Assembly (NCBI GenBank): GCA_041946805.1
Contig: JBHGBC010000064.1
Coordinates: forward strand, 1-29,409
DNA: 29,409 nucleotides
Direction of reading: 5' to 3'
Origin: a bacterium
Lineage (GTDB): Bacteria; Hinthialibacterota; Hinthialibacteria; Hinthialibacterales; Hinthialibacteraceae
A model generated the notes under the pieces. It made no database searches, was not told where the DNA came from, and was given only the letters and a program-made list of their open reading frames with translations. The position numbers were made by a program, and so were the translations under genes. Within the stretch, counting starts at the first letter, position 1, and every line of letters starts with the position of its first letter. Shown here in pieces: positions 26,309 to 29,409 of the stretch.

Positions 26309-26776
26309 TCATTCCTGGCTTCTCAAGCAGGCCCATTCGAGGAGTTCAGGGTCCCGGGCGGTCTCCGGGCACAACCAATCCGCTCTCGGAAGGATACCGA
26401 CCCTACCCAAGTCCAGGCGGTCGGCGTCCCAGCAAGTAAGCAGAGTCATGTCGCCTTCCCTCAAGCCTTCACTGTGGTGGCGGCAAGCCTCCACGAGCAG
26501 TACGATGTCCGGCGCGTCCAGTTCGAACGCGGTCCCCGCCAACGACCGCGCGAACCGCCCGGCCCGCGCCCCATGCCCGGGATCTCTTCCATCGTTCAGC
26601 CGCCGGGAATCATGCAACCACGCGAAGAGTTCGACTACCCGCGGCCGGGCCCCGGTCCGCTCCGCCAAACGCAGCCCGCTTTCCCGCACGCGGTTCCCAT
26701 GCGGCCAACCATGGATCCCGCACCAATCCAGCGCGAACTGTTGACGGATGATTTGGATGAGTTGCGGATCTTTCAT
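26309..26776 (-). CDS. HD-domain protein (possibly degenerating), about 155 aa
   Basis: GIHG..H..RV, LFAWLHDSRR.NDG.DPGHG, ACRHHS and CWDADRLDLGRVG. Start placed at ATG 26776 by motif spacing; no clear RBS. Confidence 0.8.
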   Translation of the reverse strand: MKDPQLIQIIRQQFALDWCGIHGWPHGNRVRESGLRLAERTGARPRVVELFAWLHDSRRLNDGRDPGHGARAGRFARSLAGTAFELDAPDIVLLVEACRHHSEGLREGDMTLLTCWDADRLDLGRVGILPRADWLCPETARDPELLEWACLRSQE

Positions 26777-26932
26777 TCGGCGCGGAAGAGAATCTTCCCG
26801 AGGCAAGCCTCCCGTTCGACGTGCGTGCAAAATACCCCAGATTCTGCCGGTTTTTTCCTGACCGATATGAAACAAATACGGTTTTTACTTTCATTCCGGC
26901 GGCCGGGACGGTATGACATCCTTTCCGAACAA

Positions 26933-26966
26933 CCCTCACCCTGCCCTTCTCCCAAGGGGAGAGGGA
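26933..26966 (+). repeat. Solo copy of the 34-bp hairpin repeat
   Basis: CCCTCACCCTGCCCTTCTCCCAAGGGGAGAGGGA. Confidence 0.8.
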
Positions 26967-27027
26967 ATTATTGTTTTTTAAGGGATTGACACTTCTTCGA
27001 CAACGGGGATCCCGTCTGAAATGGAGG

Positions 27028-27051
27028 AGGGGCACGTTGCTACGTGCCCCT
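27028..27051. repeat. Perfect REP-like palindrome downstream of aqpZ
   Basis: AGGGGCACGT-TGCT-ACGTGCCCCT, 10-bp stem, no U-tract. Confidence 0.7.
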
Positions 27052-27074
27052 GCCGCCCCCGGGGTGATCGTTTA

Positions 27075-27779
27075 TCACCCTCTCTTCGGCTCGTTGCTTA
27101 CCGCCGGGTACACAATACCCGCCGCCACCGCGCCCACAATGGGCGCCGCCCAGAACAGCCACAATTGCGCCAGCGCCCAACCGCCCACGAACACCGCCGG
27201 CCCCGTGCTGCGCGCCGGGTTGACGGAGAGATTGGTCACGGGAATGCCGATCAGGTGGATCAGCGTCAGGCCCAGGCCGATGGCGATGGGAGCGAAGCCC
27301 TGGGGCGCGCGGGCATCGGTCGCCCCCAGGATAATCATGAGGAAGAAGAAGGTCAGGACGCCCTCGGCCACCGCGCAGGCCATGAGGGAGTATTGCCCGG
27401 GCGAATGTTCGGCATACCCGTTCGACGCGAATCCCCCGCTGAGGTCGAAGCCCGCCTTGCCGCTGGCAATCACATACAGGACCGCCGCGGCGGCGATGGC
27501 GCCTAAGACCTGGGCGATAATGTAAGGGATCAGGTCCGAGGCGGGGAAACGCCCCCCGGCGCATAATCCAAACGAGACCGCCGGATTGAGATGGCAGCCC
27601 GAAACATGCCCGATGGCGTAGGCCATGGTCAAGACAGTCAATCCGAAGGCGAGCGCGACACCGACAAACCCGATTCCCAACGTGGGAAATCCGGCGGCCA
27701 GCACGGCGCTCCCGCACCCTCCGAAAACCAACCAAAACGTTCCGAAAAATTCCGCGGTGACACGATTGGACAATGGCAT
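27075..27779 (-). CDS. aqpZ: Aquaporin Z
   Basis: [46 protein letters not shown] and [18 protein letters not shown] (both NPA motifs). GAAGGAG lies 8 nt before ATG 27779. Confidence 0.97.
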   Translation of the reverse strand: MPLSNRVTAEFFGTFWLVFGGCGSAVLAAGFPTLGIGFVGVALAFGLTVLTMAYAIGHVSGCHLNPAVSFGLCAGGRFPASDLIPYIIAQVLGAIAAAAVLYVIASGKAGFDLSGGFASNGYAEHSPGQYSLMACAVAEGVLTFFFLMIILGATDARAPQGFAPIAIGLGLTLIHLIGIPVTNLSVNPARSTGPAVFVGGWALAQLWLFWAAPIVGAVAAGIVYPAVSNEPKRG

Positions 27780-27938
27780 GATCATTTCTCCTTCATCGAT
27801 GAGATGGGTTCCAACTGGGTGATAAGAATCGACCCGTAAAAAGATCAATTTTCCGGCATTTTTCCGGATGGATTCGCGCGCCGCGCGTTGTCCATCCCAT
27901 CCAGCTGTGTCATCCTTGCCGACCAGTCCAGAGAATGG

Positions 27939-29012
27939 TCAGTGAAGCGGCCACTCTTCAATATGCGATATGACCTCATCCGTGGGTTGAACGATCACCA
28001 GGTCATACGTTATGGTGTGCGCGCCCTGGCCGCCGGTATTGAAGAAGACGCCATATTGCTCCCCGCTGCCGGAAGGCCACTTCACCAAGAACGACAAGGA
28101 TTGCCATTTGTCTTTTTCGGTGATGGTTTGCCTGGTGGGGGAAAGGGAACGGGTACCCGCCGTTCGATCCAGGACGCCGGCCTGCACGTCCAAGGGCGCC
28201 ACATGGCTTCGGGCTTGGACGCTGATCCGGTAATTCCCCATGGCGGGCCGCGGATGGGGATCGGGATACGGAGTCCACCACGCCGTCAGGCTCGCGGCGT
28301 CCCGGGAGCTTCCGCCATCGGTCACGGCGAGTTTCGCGGAATACACCCCCTCCTTGGGATCGCTCGTTTCCAATTCGAGAGCGCCGCCGGCCGCTTCCGC
28401 CACCGCCGCGGGATCCGCGTCTTCAAACGTCAGTATCGCCACCGCGTCCATGGGATAGACATATATATCATCCAAAATCACTTCCGTATCCATGGTCCCG
28501 ATGATTCCAAGCAGGAAAAGAATATTGGGAGTGGTGAGAAAGGGGGAAACCGGGATCAGAAAATCGAAGAAAAAGAAGCGGTTTTCACGGCCCGCGGGAA
28601 TTTCCAGAGTGGGCATGACTTCTTCGGTGCTCGTGTAAGGATCTTCCGACATGGCCATGCGGGCCGAGACCGCCGTGGGCGCGGTATCGGCCTTGACCGC
28701 GAACTGAACCCGCCACGCGGTCTCGAAAGAATTATCCGGCGCCGCCAACGTGGTCTGCCAGCGGGCCGCCCAAAATCCTTCCGAATCCGCGTTCAAGTAA
28801 ACACCCCAGGCGAAGCTGCCATTGACGCCTTCGCCGGCCACGAGTCCCAGATCCGTGGCGGCCCGGTCCGCCGTCCACGTGATCCGGTCTTCCTCGAAAT
28901 CATCCCACAAGACGGCGCCTTGTTGGCGGTCCGCATCTTGGGCGGCAACAACCAACGCGGCCTGGGCGCAGATCAGGGTGAGGAGGAGCCACTCGACTTT
29001 TTTCATAACCAT
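27939..29012 (-). CDS. Secreted hypothetical protein with two probable beta-sandwich (CBM-like) domains; ends ...SHIEEWPLH
   Basis: Signal peptide MKKVEWLLLTLICAQAALVVAA|Q (start 29012 or 29006); loosely repeated DFE/TFE..(EG)..(D) pattern. Confidence 0.75.
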   Translation of the reverse strand: MVMKKVEWLLLTLICAQAALVVAAQDADRQQGAVLWDDFEEDRITWTADRAATDLGLVAGEGVNGSFAWGVYLNADSEGFWAARWQTTLAAPDNSFETAWRVQFAVKADTAPTAVSARMAMSEDPYTSTEEVMPTLEIPAGRENRFFFFDFLIPVSPFLTTPNILFLLGIIGTMDTEVILDDIYVYPMDAVAILTFEDADPAAVAEAAGGALELETSDPKEGVYSAKLAVTDGGSSRDAASLTAWWTPYPDPHPRPAMGNYRISVQARSHVAPLDVQAGVLDRTAGTRSLSPTRQTITEKDKWQSLSFLVKWPSGSGEQYGVFFNTGGQGAHTITYDLVIVQPTDEVISHIEEWPLH

Positions 29013-29210
29013 TCGACTCGTTTCATAAATGATTAGAGTTTGAGAGAGAACATTGTCATTACCACCGCTTTCAGAAAAAATAATCCGGTGTATGGATGCA
29101 CTTGAACATAGGAGATCCCAAAACAGGAGTCAAGTGAACTTCTCCCGGGCGAACCGGATCCCGTTTTCTCATCACGGCCTGTTTTGGCAAGAAAATTGTG
29201 TGAGAAAAAA

Positions 29211-29409
29211 GGTTCATCCGAGAAGTGCGTACCGGATGAGTTGAAATGGATTCCATCCGCTTCGGGTGAGGGCGGGCGTAAAGGTCCGACCGGTTAAAAA
29301 ATTCCCTTCAAAAATTCCCTCACCCTAGCCCTCTCCCAGAGGGAGAGGGAGGTTTTCATCGATCATTTCGAAGAGATGCGAACCGGCGATCGGAAAAAAA
29401 GTACGCACT
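29211..29409 (+). mobile_element. Copy D of the ~210-bp MITE-like element (best-preserved hairpin; right end cut by the window edge)
   Basis: Left end GGTTCATCCGAGAAGTGCGTAC. The final bases GTACGCACT are the exact reverse complement of AGTGCGTAC. Perfect internal hairpin CCCTCTCCC-AGA-GGGAGAGGG. Confidence 0.75.

Noticed and set aside
26800..27000. A further complete ~210-bp element around the 26933 hairpin
   Set aside because: Only weak end-like bits (GTGCGTGC at 26821, CACTTCT near 26990) at the wrong spacing; kept as a solo hairpin.
20714..29409. Repeats as a CRISPR array or integron attC cassette array
   Set aside because: Spacing is irregular (kilobases), orientations are mixed, there are no consistent GTTRRRY/RYYYAAC cores, and no cas or integrase gene is present.

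Overview
GC-rich bacterial accessory region with no rRNA, tRNA or CRISPR array. In order it holds: the 3' end of a probably secreted protein; an orphan N-methyl-type (pseudo)pilin; a Tat-exported L-fucose-isomerase-like protein; a czcCBA-type heavy-metal RND efflux operon, preceded by a perfect sigma70 promoter and a small Cys-rich exported protein; a DUF362-like protein; a Tat sulfatase with HEAT-like repeats; a minus-strand signalling cluster (REC-PAS-GGDEF-EAL, CHASE4 kinase, hybrid kinase-REC-HPt, response regulator) that looks to be decaying; and then a secreted hypothetical, a Tat Gfo/Idh/MocA oxidoreductase, a Tat GH140/DUF4038-like hydrolase, DinB, an HD protein, aqpZ and a secreted two-domain protein. 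Three things the gene list does not explain: (1) a family of ~210-bp non-coding elements with ~22-bp terminal inverted repeats around a CCCTCACCC..CCCTCTCCC..GGGAGAGGG hairpin (three complete or near-complete copies, two half copies, several solo hairpins, one of them inside the TolC reading frame); (2) a short C-terminal [VI]-x-[DE]-W-x-L-[FH]-stop tail on two unrelated proteins, a candidate sorting signal; (3) apparent substitutions in the decaying genes that are mostly A:T->C:G. All family calls come from motif recognition by eye; no database search was run. The pilin style suggests a Sumerlaeota/Hinthialibacterota-like lineage, which is an unverified guess.
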